Source of the DNA: Dehalococcoidia bacterium
GTDB taxonomy: Bacteria > Chloroflexota > Dehalococcoidia > UBA2979
Length of the DNA: 64,000 nucleotides
Assembly (NCBI GenBank): GCA_965262725.1
Contig: OZ253555.1
Span: 2,912,001 to 2,976,000 of the forward strand
Reading direction: 5' to 3'
Shown here piece by piece: positions 9,766 to 22,011 of this stretch. The stretch's first letter is position 1; each line of letters opens with the position of its first letter. The notes beneath the pieces were generated by a model. It was not told where the DNA came from. It saw only the letters and a program-made list of their open reading frames with translations, and searched no databases. The position numbers and the translations under genes were made by a program.

Positions 9766-10547
9766 GAGCCGGCTCCCGCCAGGTGGAGCCCGAAAGCGAG
9801 CGAGTTGAAGGCCGCGTGCGCCGCGATCGAGGTCCACAGGGAGCCCGATCGCTCCACGGCCCAGGCGAAGAGCATCCCGATGCCGGCAAACGGCGCGAGG
9901 ACGCCGAGGTTGAGGTGAAAGAGCCCGAAGAGGAGTCCGGAGAGCGCGAGCGCCGGCAGAAGCCGCGAGCGGCTCCGGAGACCCCGGTAGAGCAACCCCC
10001 GGAAGAAGATTTCCTCGCCGAGCGGCGCCGCCGCGACCACCGCGAACGCGGCCAGCAGCACCGCCGCCGGGCCGGCGTCTGCGCCGACCGGGGGCGGGTT
10101 GCCCTCCCTCAGCGCCGAGACGTCAAGACCGAGGGCCTCGGGCAGCAGGAGAAGCACCCCGTAGAGGGCGAGCACCGCGTAGGCGCCGAGCCAGGCGAGG
10201 AGCACCAGAGCCAACCGGGTCGGGCGCCGGAAGCCCAGATCGCTGAACGTGATGCCTCGCCTCCTGGCGAGGCCGAGGACGATCCCGGCCATCGCGGCGT
10301 TGACGCCGATGGCCGCTCCCACGCTCCACTCCTCGCCGCCGTCCCGCGGGGCGCCGAGGACGACGAGCAGCGCGACGGCGAGCGCGATCGCGAGCAGGAG
10401 CCCCCCCATCCCGACGACGAGGTCGGAGGCCCGCCACGGGGGGCGGGCGATGAGCGGCGTCTTCCGGCCGGTGGCAGCGCCGGGCGGCACGGAGGCGGTA
10501 GCGGCGGCCCGGGCCGGGATGGTGGCGGGGGGCCGGTCGAAGAGCAC
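9762..10547 (-). CDS. CPBP (CAAX/Abi) intramembrane metalloprotease
   Basis: EEIFFRG, FGLFH, HAAFN motifs; multiple hydrophobic helices. Confidence 0.9.
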   Translation of the reverse strand: MLFDRPPATIPARAAATASVPPGAATGRKTPLIARPPWRASDLVVGMGGLLLAIALAVALLVVLGAPRDGGEEWSVGAAIGVNAAMAGIVLGLARRRGITFSDLGFRRPTRLALVLLAWLGAYAVLALYGVLLLLPEALGLDVSALREGNPPPVGADAGPAAVLLAAFAVVAAAPLGEEIFFRGLLYRGLRSRSRLLPALALSGLLFGLFHLNLGVLAPFAGIGMLFAWAVERSGSLWTSIAAHAAFNSLAFGLHLAGAGS

Positions 10548-10551
10548 GGGG

Positions 10552-11748
10552 CTAGAGCGTCAGGCCGAGGGCGTCGGCGACGGTTCCCATGTCCTTGTCG
10601 CCGCGCCCGGAGAGATTGAGCAGCACAATATCGTCGGGCTCGAGACCCTCCGCCAGCGTGCGGAGGTGGGCGATCGCGTGCGCCGGCTCGAGCGCCGGGA
10701 TGATCCCCTCACTCCGGCAGAGCAGCTCGAAGCCGGCCAGTGCCTCTTGGTCAGTCGCGGAGACGTACTCCGCGCGCTCGGCCAGCTTCAGCCACGCGTG
10801 CTCCGGCCCGACGCCCGGATAGTCGAGGCCCGCCGAGATCGAGTGAGCCTCGATGACCTGCCCGTTGCGGTCCTGCAGCACGTAGGAGCGCGCGCCGTGC
10901 AGCACCCCGGGCGCCCCCGATGAGAGCGTCGCCGCATGTCGCCCGTGCAGCCCCTCACCGGCCGCCTCCACGCCGACGAGTCGCACCGGATCGTCGCGGA
11001 AGGCATGGAAGAGGCCGATCGCGTTCGAGCCGCCGCCGACACAGGCCACCGCCACGGTCGGGAGGCGGCCCTCGGCCTCGAGCAGTTGCGCCCGCGCCTC
11101 GCGCCCGATCACGGCCTGGAAGTCGCGCACCATCTCCGGGTACGGGTGCGGCCCGACCACGCTCCCGATCAGGTAGTGCGTGCTGGCGACGTTGGTCACC
11201 CAGTCGCGGATCGCCTCGTTGATCGCGTCCTTGAGCGTACGCGAGCCGGCCGTCACCGGGCGCACCTCGGCGCCGAGGAGTTTCATCCGAAAGACGTTGA
11301 GCGATTGCCGGCGCACGTCCTCCGCTCCCATGTAGACGACGCACTCCAGGCCGAGCAGCGCGCAGGCCGTGGCCGTCGCGACGCCGTGCTGTCCGGCGCC
11401 CGTCTCCGCGACGATGCGGCTCTTCCCCATTCGACGAGCCAGGAGCGCCTGCGCGAGCGCAGCGTTGATCTTGTGCGCCCCGGTGTGCAGCAGATCCTCC
11501 CGCTTGAGGTAGATGCGCGGCCCCAGCATCTCCGAGAGGTTCGCCGCAAGGGTGAGGGGCGTCGGACGCCCGACGTAGTTTGCGAGCAGGTCATCGAGCT
11601 CGCGCTGGAAGGCGGCGTCGGAGGCCGCCCGCCGGTAGGCCGACTCCAGCTCCGCGATCGCCGGCATCAGCGTCTCGGGGATGTAGCGGCCCCCGAAGTC
11701 GCCGAAGCGCCCGCGAGCGTCGGGCAGCGTCGCCCCCGACCCGCTCAC
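10552..11748 (-). CDS. trpB: Tryptophan synthase beta
   Basis: [49 protein letters not shown]. Confidence 0.97.
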   Translation of the reverse strand: MSGSGATLPDARGRFGDFGGRYIPETLMPAIAELESAYRRAASDAAFQRELDDLLANYVGRPTPLTLAANLSEMLGPRIYLKREDLLHTGAHKINAALAQALLARRMGKSRIVAETGAGQHGVATATACALLGLECVVYMGAEDVRRQSLNVFRMKLLGAEVRPVTAGSRTLKDAINEAIRDWVTNVASTHYLIGSVVGPHPYPEMVRDFQAVIGREARAQLLEAEGRLPTVAVACVGGGSNAIGLFHAFRDDPVRLVGVEAAGEGLHGRHAATLSSGAPGVLHGARSYVLQDRNGQVIEAHSISAGLDYPGVGPEHAWLKLAERAEYVSATDQEALAGFELLCRSEGIIPALEPAHAIAHLRTLAEGLEPDDIVLLNLSGRGDKDMGTVADALGLTL

Positions 11749-12491
11749 GCCGACGCCTCCACGCTCTTCGCCGCTCTCACGAAGGAGCGCACGAGATCGT
11801 GATCCTTGCGACCGTTGCGCTCCACCCCGGAGGCGACGTCCACGGCCCACGGCCGCACGCTCGCGATCGCCTCGGCCACGTTGGCGGGCGTGAGGCCGCC
11901 GGCGAGGAACATCGGGAGCCCCGCGGAGACGAGGCGCGCGACCTCCCAGTCGAAGATACGCCCGCTGCCGCCCCGGTAGGGGCCGTGCGCGGAGTCGAGC
12001 ATCAGCGCCACCGCGAACCCCGGCTCGACGAACGCGAGCGGATCGGTGGGGGAATCGACCGGCGAGACGTGCACGACCTGGATCGCCTGGCGCGTCAGCA
12101 GCAGGCAGTCCTCCCAGCTCTCGTCGCCAGAGAGCTGCACGAGGTCGACCTCTGCCTCCTCGGCGATCGCGTTCACCTCCTCGGGCGACTGGTCGGCGAA
12201 GACGCCGATGGTCAGCGGTCGCTTCGACTCGAGGTAGGACTCCACGAGCCTCGCCCCGTGGCGGAACCACGCCTCCGGCTCCTCGCGCACGTGCGGCCGC
12301 GCGGGGGGCGGGATGGCGAGGGGGCGCTCCGCCAGGGGATCGCCGAGCGCGCGCACCATCGCGTTCGCCTGCTGAGCGTCGACGCGGCGCTCCGAGCGCG
12401 CAAAAATCATGCCGACGAAGTCCGCTCCCGCCTCCGCCGCAGCGAGCACATCCTCTGGCGTGCGGTTGCCGCAGATCTTGACGAGGGTCAC
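11745..12491 (-). CDS. trpF: Phosphoribosylanthranilate isomerase with internal insertion
   Basis: [38 protein letters not shown]. Confidence 0.93.
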   Translation of the reverse strand: MTLVKICGNRTPEDVLAAAEAGADFVGMIFARSERRVDAQQANAMVRALGDPLAERPLAIPPPARPHVREEPEAWFRHGARLVESYLESKRPLTIGVFADQSPEEVNAIAEEAEVDLVQLSGDESWEDCLLLTRQAIQVVHVSPVDSPTDPLAFVEPGFAVALMLDSAHGPYRGGSGRIFDWEVARLVSAGLPMFLAGGLTPANVAEAIASVRPWAVDVASGVERNGRKDHDLVRSFVRAAKSVEASA

Positions 12492-13369
12492 GGTCGAACA
12501 ACTCCTGCGACGCGCGTCGCGTCGACGAGCATCAGCTCGCGCGCTGCGGCGGCGACACCACGCTCGCCTGCGACCACGAGCGCCTCCCCGACGAGCAGCG
12601 CCCGGGCCCCCGCCCGATGCATCCGCCTGGCGCCTTCGGCCGTGCGAATCCCGGACTCGGACACCAGTGTGACGCCGGCGGGGAGGAGCGGGGCGAGCCG
12701 TTCCGTCGTCGCCAGGTCCTCATCAAAGCTCCTCAGGTCGCGGTTGTTCACGCCGATCACCCGCGCCCCGGCGTCAAGCGCGGCGCGGAGCTCATCCTCG
12801 TCGTGCACCTCGACCAGAGGCTCCATGCCCAGAGCCCGCGTGCCCTCAACCAGCTCGGCGAGCGCCTGCGGCTCCAGCATCAGTGCGATCAGGAGCGCCG
12901 CGTCGGCCCCGTTCGCGCGTGCCTCGCGCAGCTGGTACGGGTCGAAGATGAACTCCTTGCGCAAGATGGCCGGGCGCCCGGGATCCTCTCCGAACGCCCC
13001 CCGGGCCGCGCGCAGGTCGGCGATCGATCCCTGGAAGAACGCCTGCTCCGTGAGCACGGAGACGCAGGCGGCGCCGGCCGCCGCGTAGGCGCGCGCGCGG
13101 GACGCCGCGTCGAGGCTCTCGTCGAGGACCCCCTTCGACGGTGATGCCCTCTTGATCTCGGCGATGAGGTTCAGGCGCGCCCCCGCAGGCGTCAGGGGCG
13201 TGCCGGCGTCGAGCCGTGAGGCGAAGTCGACCTGACGCCCCGGCACGAGCGAGGCGAGCGTGGAGAGTTGCGACTCCGGCTGCTCGCGGCGCGTGACGGC
13301 GAGGCGCTGGCGCACGCCCGCGACGATGCGGTCGAGCACGGTGCCGGTGCGCCTCAGCGGGTCGGGCAC
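12488..13369 (-). CDS. trpC: Indole-3-glycerol phosphate synthase
   Basis: [34 protein letters not shown]; start approximate. Confidence 0.95.
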   Translation of the reverse strand: MPDPLRRTGTVLDRIVAGVRQRLAVTRREQPESQLSTLASLVPGRQVDFASRLDAGTPLTPAGARLNLIAEIKRASPSKGVLDESLDAASRARAYAAAGAACVSVLTEQAFFQGSIADLRAARGAFGEDPGRPAILRKEFIFDPYQLREARANGADAALLIALMLEPQALAELVEGTRALGMEPLVEVHDEDELRAALDAGARVIGVNNRDLRSFDEDLATTERLAPLLPAGVTLVSESGIRTAEGARRMHRAGARALLVGEALVVAGERGVAAAARELMLVDATRVAGVVRP

Positions 13370-13373
13370 GCCC

Positions 13374-14422
13374 TCAGCTCCGGCCGGCGGCGAGCCGGCG
13401 CGTCGCCTCGACGAAGGAGCCGACCCGAGCCGCCGCGTCGCCGCTTTCGATCGCCTCCCGCGCCTGCTCGGCGCCCTGCCGGAGCGAAGAGGCGAGACCC
13501 GCCACGTAGAGGCCGGCCGCCGCGTTGGCCACGACGAAGTCGCGCACGACGTCCGGACCGTCGCCGGCGAACACGGACCTGAGGATCGCCGCGTTCTCCT
13601 CCGGGGTGCCTCCCGGCACCTCCTCGAGCGGGTAGGCCCGTAGCCCGAGATCGCCCGGCGTGATGGTGCGGCGGGAGACCTCCTCGCCGCGCACCTCGAA
13701 GGCCGTGGTCGGGCCGGCGATCGAGATCTCGTCGAGACCCTCATCGCCCGAGACGACGAGCGCGTGCCTGACGCCGAGCCGCGCGAGAGCAAGCGCCAGC
13801 TTCTCGCCGATCTCCGCATTCGGGACGCCGAGCACGCGCGCGCCGGCGCCGGCCGGATTGGTCAGGGGGCCGAGGATGTTGAAAACCGTACGCACCCCCA
13901 GCTCGCGCCGGGGCCCGGCGGCGTGCCGCATCGCGGGGTGGTAGGCCTGGGCGAACATGAAGCCGACGCCGGTGCGCTCGATGCACTCGGCTACGGCGAC
14001 GGGATCGAGTGTCAGCTCCGCGCCGAGCGCCTCCAGCAGATCGGCCGAGCCCGAACGCGAGGTCGCCGCTCGGTTCCCGTGCTTGGCGACGACCGCCCCG
14101 GCGCCGGCCGCCACGAAGGCCGCGGCGGTCGAGACGTTGAAGCTCTTCATCCCCGATCCGCCGGTGCCGCACGTGTCGAGCAGGGGCCCCCGGTCGATCT
14201 CCACCGGGAGCACGTGCGCGCGCATCACGCGCGCCATGCCGACGATCTCGTCGACCGACTCCCCCTTGAGACGGAGCGCGACGAGGAAGGCCCCCAGCTG
14301 CGCGGGGGTCGCCTCCCCCTCCATGATCTCGCGCATCGCCGCCTGCGCCTCGGCCTCGCCAAGATCGCGCCGCGCCTCGACCAGGGCGGCGATCGCGCTC
14401 CGGATGTCGGCGCCGCCGGCCA

Positions 14423-14423
<1 letters not shown>
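13374..14423 (-). CDS. trpD: Anthranilate phosphoribosyltransferase
   Basis: DTCGTGG, FNVST, KHGNRA..SGSAD, GPLTNP, GLDEI. Confidence 0.96.
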
Positions 14424-16038
<1,615 letters not shown>

Positions 16039-16048
16039 GACACCCGCC

Positions 16049-17533
16049 CTAGTAGCCGAGGCTGCCGGGCGGGACGCGGCGCGCTCGCTGCTCCGCGTCA
16101 TCGATGGCGGCGATCAGCGCGCCGGCCTTGTGCTCCGTCTCCTCGAATTCACGCTCCGGCACGGAGTCGTAGACGAGGCCGCCCCCGGCCTGGACGTGCG
16201 CCACCCCGTCTCGCATCAGCACCGTCCGGATGGTGATGCACGTTTCGACGTTGCCCGACATGTCGAAGAAGCCGACGGCGCCCGCGTAGGGGCCGCGTCG
16301 ATCGGGCTCGAGCTCCGCGATGATCTCCATCGCCCGGATCTTCGGCGCGCCGGAGACCGTCCCCGCCGGGAAGGAGGCCCTGAGCGCGTCGTAGGGCGAG
16401 AGACCGGCCCGCAGCCGCCCCTCGACGTGCGACACCATGTGGATCACGTGCGAGTAGTGCTCAAGGTCGAAGCGCTGGGTGACCTGGACGCTCCCGACCT
16501 CGGCGACCCGACCCACGTCGTTCCGCGCGAGGTCAAGCAGCATGACGTGCTCCGCGCGCTCCTTCGGGTCGGCGAGGAGCTCCTCGCCGAGGCGGGCGTC
16601 CTCGGCGGCGCTCGAGCCGCGCCGGCGCGTGCCGGCGATCGGGTGGTTCTCGACGCGCCCGTCCTCGATCTTCACCAGAAGCTCCGGCGACGCCCCGACG
16701 ACGTAGACGTCGTCGAAGCGGAGGAAGTACATGTAGGGCGAGGGGTTGATCACGCGCAGCGATCGGTAGACCTCGAAGGGCTGCGCCCCGGTCCGCCGCG
16801 AGAAGCGCTGCGAGAGCACGACTTGGATCGCGTCGCCCGCCTCGATGTACTCGCGGGTGCGCCTGACCGCGGCGAGGTAGTCGGCGCGATCCCAGTTCGA
16901 GACGACGGCCTCGCCGGTCGGCCCGACCAGCGGCGCATACGGGAGCATGGAGAGAGGTTGCGCCAGACGGCCGACCAGCTCGTCGATGCGCGACTGCGCC
17001 GCCCGGTAGGCGTCCTCCACGTCCCCGTCGAGGCGGACGTGCGCCACCACCTTCATCGTGTGGAGGAGGTGGTCGAAGACGACGAGCGTTTCCGAGAACA
17101 TCAGCCACGACTCGGCCACGCCGAGCGTGTCGCGCTCCGGCGACGGGACGCGGGGCTCGAAGTGCGACACCGCCTCGTAGCCGATATAGCCGACCCCGCC
17201 GCCGTGGAAGCGGGGGAGGCCCGGCACGCGCACCGTGCGCCAGGCGGCGAGCTCATCCTCGACGGCGCGCAGGGGGTCGCCGTCCTCCGCCTCGCACTTC
17301 AGGACGCGGTACGGATCCGTGCCGATGAAGGAGTAGCGCCCCATGCGCTCGCCGCCGTCGGCGGACTCCAGAAGGAACGAGTAAGGTCCGCGTGCCAGCT
17401 TCAGGTAGGCGGAGACCGGCGTCTCGAGGTCGGCCCGCACCTCGCGGTAGATCGGGACAACCGTCTCCCCGCCGGGTCGCGGATCCGCGGCGAGCCGCCT
17501 CACCTCGCCGAGCGCCGGGATGTGCTCGCTCAC
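16049..17533 (-). CDS. trpE: Anthranilate synthase component I
   Basis: ETPVSAY, LLES, NPSPYM, PIAGT, KERAEH, PAGTVSGAPK. Confidence 0.97.
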   Translation of the reverse strand: MSEHIPALGEVRRLAADPRPGGETVVPIYREVRADLETPVSAYLKLARGPYSFLLESADGGERMGRYSFIGTDPYRVLKCEAEDGDPLRAVEDELAAWRTVRVPGLPRFHGGGVGYIGYEAVSHFEPRVPSPERDTLGVAESWLMFSETLVVFDHLLHTMKVVAHVRLDGDVEDAYRAAQSRIDELVGRLAQPLSMLPYAPLVGPTGEAVVSNWDRADYLAAVRRTREYIEAGDAIQVVLSQRFSRRTGAQPFEVYRSLRVINPSPYMYFLRFDDVYVVGASPELLVKIEDGRVENHPIAGTRRRGSSAAEDARLGEELLADPKERAEHVMLLDLARNDVGRVAEVGSVQVTQRFDLEHYSHVIHMVSHVEGRLRAGLSPYDALRASFPAGTVSGAPKIRAMEIIAELEPDRRGPYAGAVGFFDMSGNVETCITIRTVLMRDGVAHVQAGGGLVYDSVPEREFEETEHKAGALIAAIDDAEQRARRVPPGSLGY

Positions 17534-17599
17534 GGCTGCTTCCCCGCGTGCGGCGCTTCCGCGCCGCCCACTGCGACCGGCGGCCGCCCCTCATACAGA

Positions 17600-17625
17600 A
17601 GGACCATCGCCCCTGCGATGGTCCT
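17600..17625 (-). terminator. Terminator-like hairpin in trpE leader
   Basis: Perfect 11-bp stem AGGACCATCGC/GCGATGGTCCT, 4-nt loop, followed by TCTGTAT on minus strand. Confidence 0.55.
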
Positions 17626-17692
17626 CGTCGCGGAACTACCTATCCCCCGCCGCCGCGGCGTGCGGGCCGGGTGCTGAGCACCCCTCACATCG

Positions 17693-17722
17693 AGGCTACG
17701 GCCGCCCGCCGAGTAGTGTCAA
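17693..17722 (-). promoter_or_regulatory. Sigma70-type promoter of trp operon
   Basis: TTGACA (17722-17717), 18-nt spacer, TAGCCT (17698-17693). Confidence 0.65.
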
Positions 17723-17994
17723 CGAGAGCCGACGGACCGGGAGCAGCGCTGGCGGCATCCCCGCAAATCGCCCCGCCGGAGCTCCACGCCGGCCGGGGCG
17801 TCGGCGGCGCCGGGGGCAACACGGGCGACCGTCGCAAGCCCGCGCATCGTTTCCGTCGACTCCGCCCCGGCCCCCCGCCCGGGCCTCGGAGACGAGGTTC
17901 TTGCTCGCTGTCCGCGCGGCCGGAGGTACGGTGCCTCCCAGCCGTTGTCCCGGCGACCGCGTGGATCGTCGGTACGCCCGGCGCGGATCCCGGC

Positions 17995-18630
17995 CTAGAT
18001 CTCGAGCGGCGGGCGGGCGGGGCTGCGCCGGGCACGCTCGATGAGCGAGAGTAGTTCGTCGACCGTCGCGTCCAGATCGCCCTCCACGTTGCGCAGCACA
18101 TGGTCGAAGTGCTCCCTGCGGTCGTCCTCCGCCTCCGCCTCCCGGAGTCGGCGGGCTATCTCATCCTCCCCCTCGCCGCGCGCGCGCATCCGCTCGGCGA
18201 GCCGCCCGGGGGCATCGGGCGCGACGTAGACGAAGAGCGCGCCGGGCAGCCGTGAGCGCAGCGTCGCCGCGCCCTGCACGTCGACCCGCAGGATGGCGTC
18301 GGCGCCGGCGAGCGCGCGTCGGAGCTCCGAGCTCGGGACGCCGTAGAGGCGGCCGTAGACCCGGGCGTGCTCGACGAGTTCGCCGGCGTCGATGCGCCGC
18401 TCGAACTCATCCTCACTCACGAAGATGTAGTCCCGGCCGTTCTGCTCGCCGGCGCGGGGCGGGCGCGTGGTCATCGTGACCGGCACGCGGAAGCGGTCGC
18501 TCCGCGCGCGCAGCCGGGCGATCACGGAATCCTTCCCCACGCCAGAGGGCCCGGAGAGCACGACGAGTAGCCGATGTCGGAACTCCGGGCCGTCGCCGCC
18601 GCTGTCGCGCCCTTCGGGAGGTGTGCTCAC
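17995..18630 (-). CDS. gmk: Guanylate kinase
   Basis: SGPSGVGKD, TTRPPRAGE.NGRDYIFV, VDVQGA. Confidence 0.95.
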   Translation of the reverse strand: MSTPPEGRDSGGDGPEFRHRLLVVLSGPSGVGKDSVIARLRARSDRFRVPVTMTTRPPRAGEQNGRDYIFVSEDEFERRIDAGELVEHARVYGRLYGVPSSELRRALAGADAILRVDVQGAATLRSRLPGALFVYVAPDAPGRLAERMRARGEGEDEIARRLREAEAEDDRREHFDHVLRNVEGDLDATVDELLSLIERARRSPARPPLEI

Positions 18631-18890
18631 CCCGGCGAACCGGGTTCGCGCAGCGCCGCCACGCGACCGGCAAACGTCTCGGGGGTGATCGGGATCAGCG
18701 CCACCCAGTCATCGTCCAGCACGAGGACGGCCTTCGTGCGTCGTCCGCTCGTGAGGTCGACGGCCCGGCGCTGCTCCTTCCCGTGCTGCACCATCCGCTT
18801 CACCGGCGCGGAGCCCGGGGAGGCCACGGCGAGAACGCGGTTCAGCGCGACGTAGCTGTCGAAGCCAACGTGGATGAGCTCGGTCTGCAT
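18627..18890 (-). CDS. remA: RemA/DUF370 family protein
   Basis: LIHVGF, SPGSAPVKR, DLTSGRRTKAV; usual position upstream of gmk. Confidence 0.88.
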   Translation of the reverse strand: MQTELIHVGFDSYVALNRVLAVASPGSAPVKRMVQHGKEQRRAVDLTSGRRTKAVLVLDDDWVALIPITPETFAGRVAALREPGSPG

Positions 18891-18942
18891 CGCCCGCCCC
18901 TTCGGCCCCACCGGTCCGTCGCCTCCGGGGTCCGGGGAGCGC

Positions 18943-20298
18943 CTACGACGCCTCTCGGCGCGCGCCCGGGGCGTCGCGCAGGCGCTCCAGCTCCGACCAG
19001 AAGCGAGGATACGACACCGAGACCGCCTCCGAGCCCTCGACGACCGTCTCGCCCGTCGCGAGCAGACCCGCCACGGCGGCGAGCATCGCGAGGCGGTGAT
19101 CGCCGCGCGCATCCACCAACGCACCCCGCAGTGCGCCGCCACCGGAGATGAGCAGGCCGTCCGGGCGCTCCTCGACCGCCGCCCCGAACGCCTGGAGCAT
19201 GCGCGCCGTCTCGGCGATGCGATCGCTCTCCTTGACGCGCAGCTCGGCAGCGTCCGCGATCACCGTCTCACCCCCGGCGAGCGCACCGGCGAGCGCCACC
19301 AGCGGCAGCTCGTCGAGAGCCCGAAGCGCCAGATCGCCGTCGACCCGCATCCCGGCGAGCTGCGAGCTGCGGACGTGCAGGTCCGCGACCGGCTCGCCGC
19401 CGATCTCGCGCTCCTCCAGCCGCTCGATCGTCGCGCCCATCCCCTGGAGCACGTCCAGGACGCCGGTGCGCGTCTCGTTGACCCCGACCCCGGTGAGGGT
19501 CAGTTCCGCGTCGGGATGGAGCGCTGCCGCCACCAGCCAGAACGCCGCCGCGCTCAGGTCGCCGGGCACGCGGACGTCGACGGGCTCGAGATCGCCCGGC
19601 GGCGGCGAGAGGGTCACTGCGACCGCCCCGCCCGCGGCCGGCTCGCTCGCGAGATGCACGCCGCGCGCGGCGAGCATGCGTTCGGTGTGATCGCGCGTCG
19701 CCTGCGGCTCGACCACGGTGGTGGGGCCATCCGCCGCGAGCGCCGCGAGCAGGAGCGCCGACTTCACCTGCGCCGAGGCGACGCCCGTCTCGACGCGTCG
19801 CCCACCCGCGAGCGCGCCGCCCCGCACCACGATGGGGGGTCGCGTCCCCCCGCCACTCGCCGTCACGTCGGCGCCGAGCTCTCGTAGCGGACGCACCACG
19901 CGGGCCATCGGACGCTGCCTCAGCGAGGCGTCGCCCGTCAGCACGGCGAGGCCCGGCAGCCCGGAGAGGAGGCCGCTGAGGAGGCGGATGGTCGTGCCGG
20001 AGTTCTCGCAGTCGAGCACGTCCGCGGGCTCGCCGAGTCCGGAGCGACCGCGCCCACGTACCAGCAGCGCGCCCCCGCCCGGCCCCGTTCCCGGGATCTC
20101 CTCCACCTCGGTGCCGAGGGCGCGGAGGCAGGCGAGCGTCGCGCGCGTGTCTGCGGCGTCGAGGAAGTGCTCGACACGCGACTCGCCGTCGGCGAGCGCG
20201 CCGAGCATGAGCGCACGGTGTGTGATCGACTTGTCGCCGGGCACGGAGACCCTGCCGTGGAGGCGGGCCAACGGTCGGACAGTGCGGCCCTCGCCCAT
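18943..20298 (-). CDS. aroA: EPSP synthase
   Basis: PGDKSITHRA, NSGTT, SAQVKSA, RDHTE, ELRVKESDR, DHRLAM. Confidence 0.97.
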   Translation of the reverse strand: MGEGRTVRPLARLHGRVSVPGDKSITHRALMLGALADGESRVEHFLDAADTRATLACLRALGTEVEEIPGTGPGGGALLVRGRGRSGLGEPADVLDCENSGTTIRLLSGLLSGLPGLAVLTGDASLRQRPMARVVRPLRELGADVTASGGGTRPPIVVRGGALAGGRRVETGVASAQVKSALLLAALAADGPTTVVEPQATRDHTERMLAARGVHLASEPAAGGAVAVTLSPPPGDLEPVDVRVPGDLSAAAFWLVAAALHPDAELTLTGVGVNETRTGVLDVLQGMGATIERLEEREIGGEPVADLHVRSSQLAGMRVDGDLALRALDELPLVALAGALAGGETVIADAAELRVKESDRIAETARMLQAFGAAVEERPDGLLISGGGALRGALVDARGDHRLAMLAAVAGLLATGETVVEGSEAVSVSYPRFWSELERLRDAPGARREAS

Positions 20299-20334
20299 CG
20301 GCTCAGGCTCCCCCGGCGCGGCGCCGGAGCGCCC

Positions 20335-21366
20335 TCACCGGCGGCGGCGGGCGCGCGGCTCCCTGCCGTCTTCCTGGCCCTCGCGCCACTCGCGCATCTT
20401 GTCGGAAAGCGCCCCTCCCAGCAGAAGGTCGAACGCCGACATCGACGGCATATTGCTCTGCGACTCCGTCCAGGCTTCGCGCCCCACGTCGCCCGCCGCC
20501 AGCCGCGCGTAGTCCAGGTTCGCCTCACCGAGAGAACGGAAGAGCGCCTCTCCTCCCTCCTCGTCGAGCAAGCTCTCGCGGAAGCGCTCGAGAGCGGTGC
20601 CGTAGCGCTCGAGCCAGTGCGCCACCTGCTCCCGGTTTGTCGCGAAGATGTCGTAGACCATCGACGTGTCGCTCTGCGCGAGGCGCGTCGCTCCGAGGAA
20701 GCCGCTCGACGCCAGCATCGACATCTCCGGCCACGCCTCGGACTCGCGCACCAGCGCGAAGAGCGCGACGGCGGCCGCGAGCGGCAGGTGGGAGACGGCG
20801 GCGACGTAGGCGTCGTGCTCCTCCGCGTCCATGAACATCGGCTCCGCGCCCATCGTGTTGAGGAGGCTGGTCACCGTCTCGACCGCGCCGCCGGTCGCGC
20901 TCGGCGAGGGGATGAGCACCCAGCGCGCTCCCTCGAAGAGTGCGCCGTCGGCCGCGGCGGGGCCCGACGCCGTTCGCCCGGCCATGGGGTGTCCGCCGAC
21001 GAAGGAGACCGAGTCGGGGAGCGTCTCCGCCGCCCACCGCAGCACCTCCGCCTTCGTCGACCCGGTGTCGGTGACGACCGCGTTCCGGACGATCCGGCCG
21101 GCGGCCGCCTCGGCGCCCACCTCCTCGAGCAGGCCCCGCAGGGCGAGCACCGGCGCTGCGAGCACGACGAGCCACGCGCCGCGAACGGCCTCCGCGATGC
21201 TCCCGGCCGCCTCCGCGATCGCGCCCCGCTCGCGCGCCTCGCGCGCGTGGTCGGGGTTGCGATCCCAGCCCACGACCGAGAGATCCTTGCTGCGGCCGTG
21301 GCTGTGCAGCCGCAGCCCGATGGAGGCGCCGATCAGTCCGGTGCCCAGGATCGCGACGCGCGGCAT
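20335..21366 (-). CDS. tyrA: Prephenate/arogenate dehydrogenase
   Basis: GTGLIGAS, DTGSTK, GGHPMAG, EEHD..VAAVSHLP, TRLA. Confidence 0.92.
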   Translation of the reverse strand: MPRVAILGTGLIGASIGLRLHSHGRSKDLSVVGWDRNPDHAREARERGAIAEAAGSIAEAVRGAWLVVLAAPVLALRGLLEEVGAEAAAGRIVRNAVVTDTGSTKAEVLRWAAETLPDSVSFVGGHPMAGRTASGPAAADGALFEGARWVLIPSPSATGGAVETVTSLLNTMGAEPMFMDAEEHDAYVAAVSHLPLAAAVALFALVRESEAWPEMSMLASSGFLGATRLAQSDTSMVYDIFATNREQVAHWLERYGTALERFRESLLDEEGGEALFRSLGEANLDYARLAAGDVGREAWTESQSNMPSMSAFDLLLGGALSDKMREWREGQEDGREPRARRRR

Positions 21367-21454
21367 CGGTGCCCCCTGATCCCTCGCGCCGCCCGACCAG
21401 GCGGCCGGGCGATCGTAGCACGCGACCTCCGGCTCCCCGAGGGGCCGCGCGCGG

Positions 21455-22006
21455 TCAGGAGTTGCCGTCGGCCTCGACCAGCGCGAGCAGATCCAGGTCG
21501 CCCGCCGCGCGCACCTCCCCCGCCGGCGTGAGGTGCCGCGCCACGAGCTCGACGACGCGCGGCGCGCTCCCCGCCTCGCTCAGCAGGACGGCACCGAGGC
21601 GTGCGTGGTGCCGGAGCCTCCACAGCGCGCCCCGGGCGCCGTGGCCGCGCCGGCAGAGACGCTCGAGCAGCCCGCGCGAGAGGGCACCGAGCAGCACGTA
21701 GACGACGCGGTGCCAGAGGACGAGCCGTCCCTTCCCGACGTCGTGCAGAAGCGCCGCGACGCGCACATCGCGCCCCGGGGCGACGGGGCGGCCAGCGACG
21801 GCCGGGCGGCGATCCAGCCAGCGGAGCGTCCGAACCGCGTGGTGGCGATCGCTGGGCTCCATCGCGTCGAAGAGCCCGAGCTCCGCCGGCGAGAGCAACC
21901 CGATCACCGCGTCCCGGTCCGAGAGTGCGATCTCCGAGCGGAGCCCCCACAGCACCTGCCGCACCCGGTAGCCCGCGCGCCGAAGCAGGCGGCGGATCCC
22001 GCGCAC
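21455..22006 (-). CDS. HD-domain metal-dependent phosphohydrolase
   Basis: DRHH, AALLHDVGK, HARLGA, RH, EAD; start approximate. Confidence 0.8.
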   Translation of the reverse strand: MRGIRRLLRRAGYRVRQVLWGLRSEIALSDRDAVIGLLSPAELGLFDAMEPSDRHHAVRTLRWLDRRPAVAGRPVAPGRDVRVAALLHDVGKGRLVLWHRVVYVLLGALSRGLLERLCRRGHGARGALWRLRHHARLGAVLLSEAGSAPRVVELVARHLTPAGEVRAAGDLDLLALVEADGNS

Positions 22007-22011
22007 TCCGA

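Noticed and set aside
17629-17640. Canonical T-box riboswitch before trpE
   Set aside because: Bulge reads UAGU rather than UGGN, the lower antiterminator helix cannot form and Stem I is not evident; kept only as an open question.
17723-17994. GC-rich gap between gmk and the trp promoter
   Set aside because: No convincing ORF, repeat or stable conserved-looking structure.
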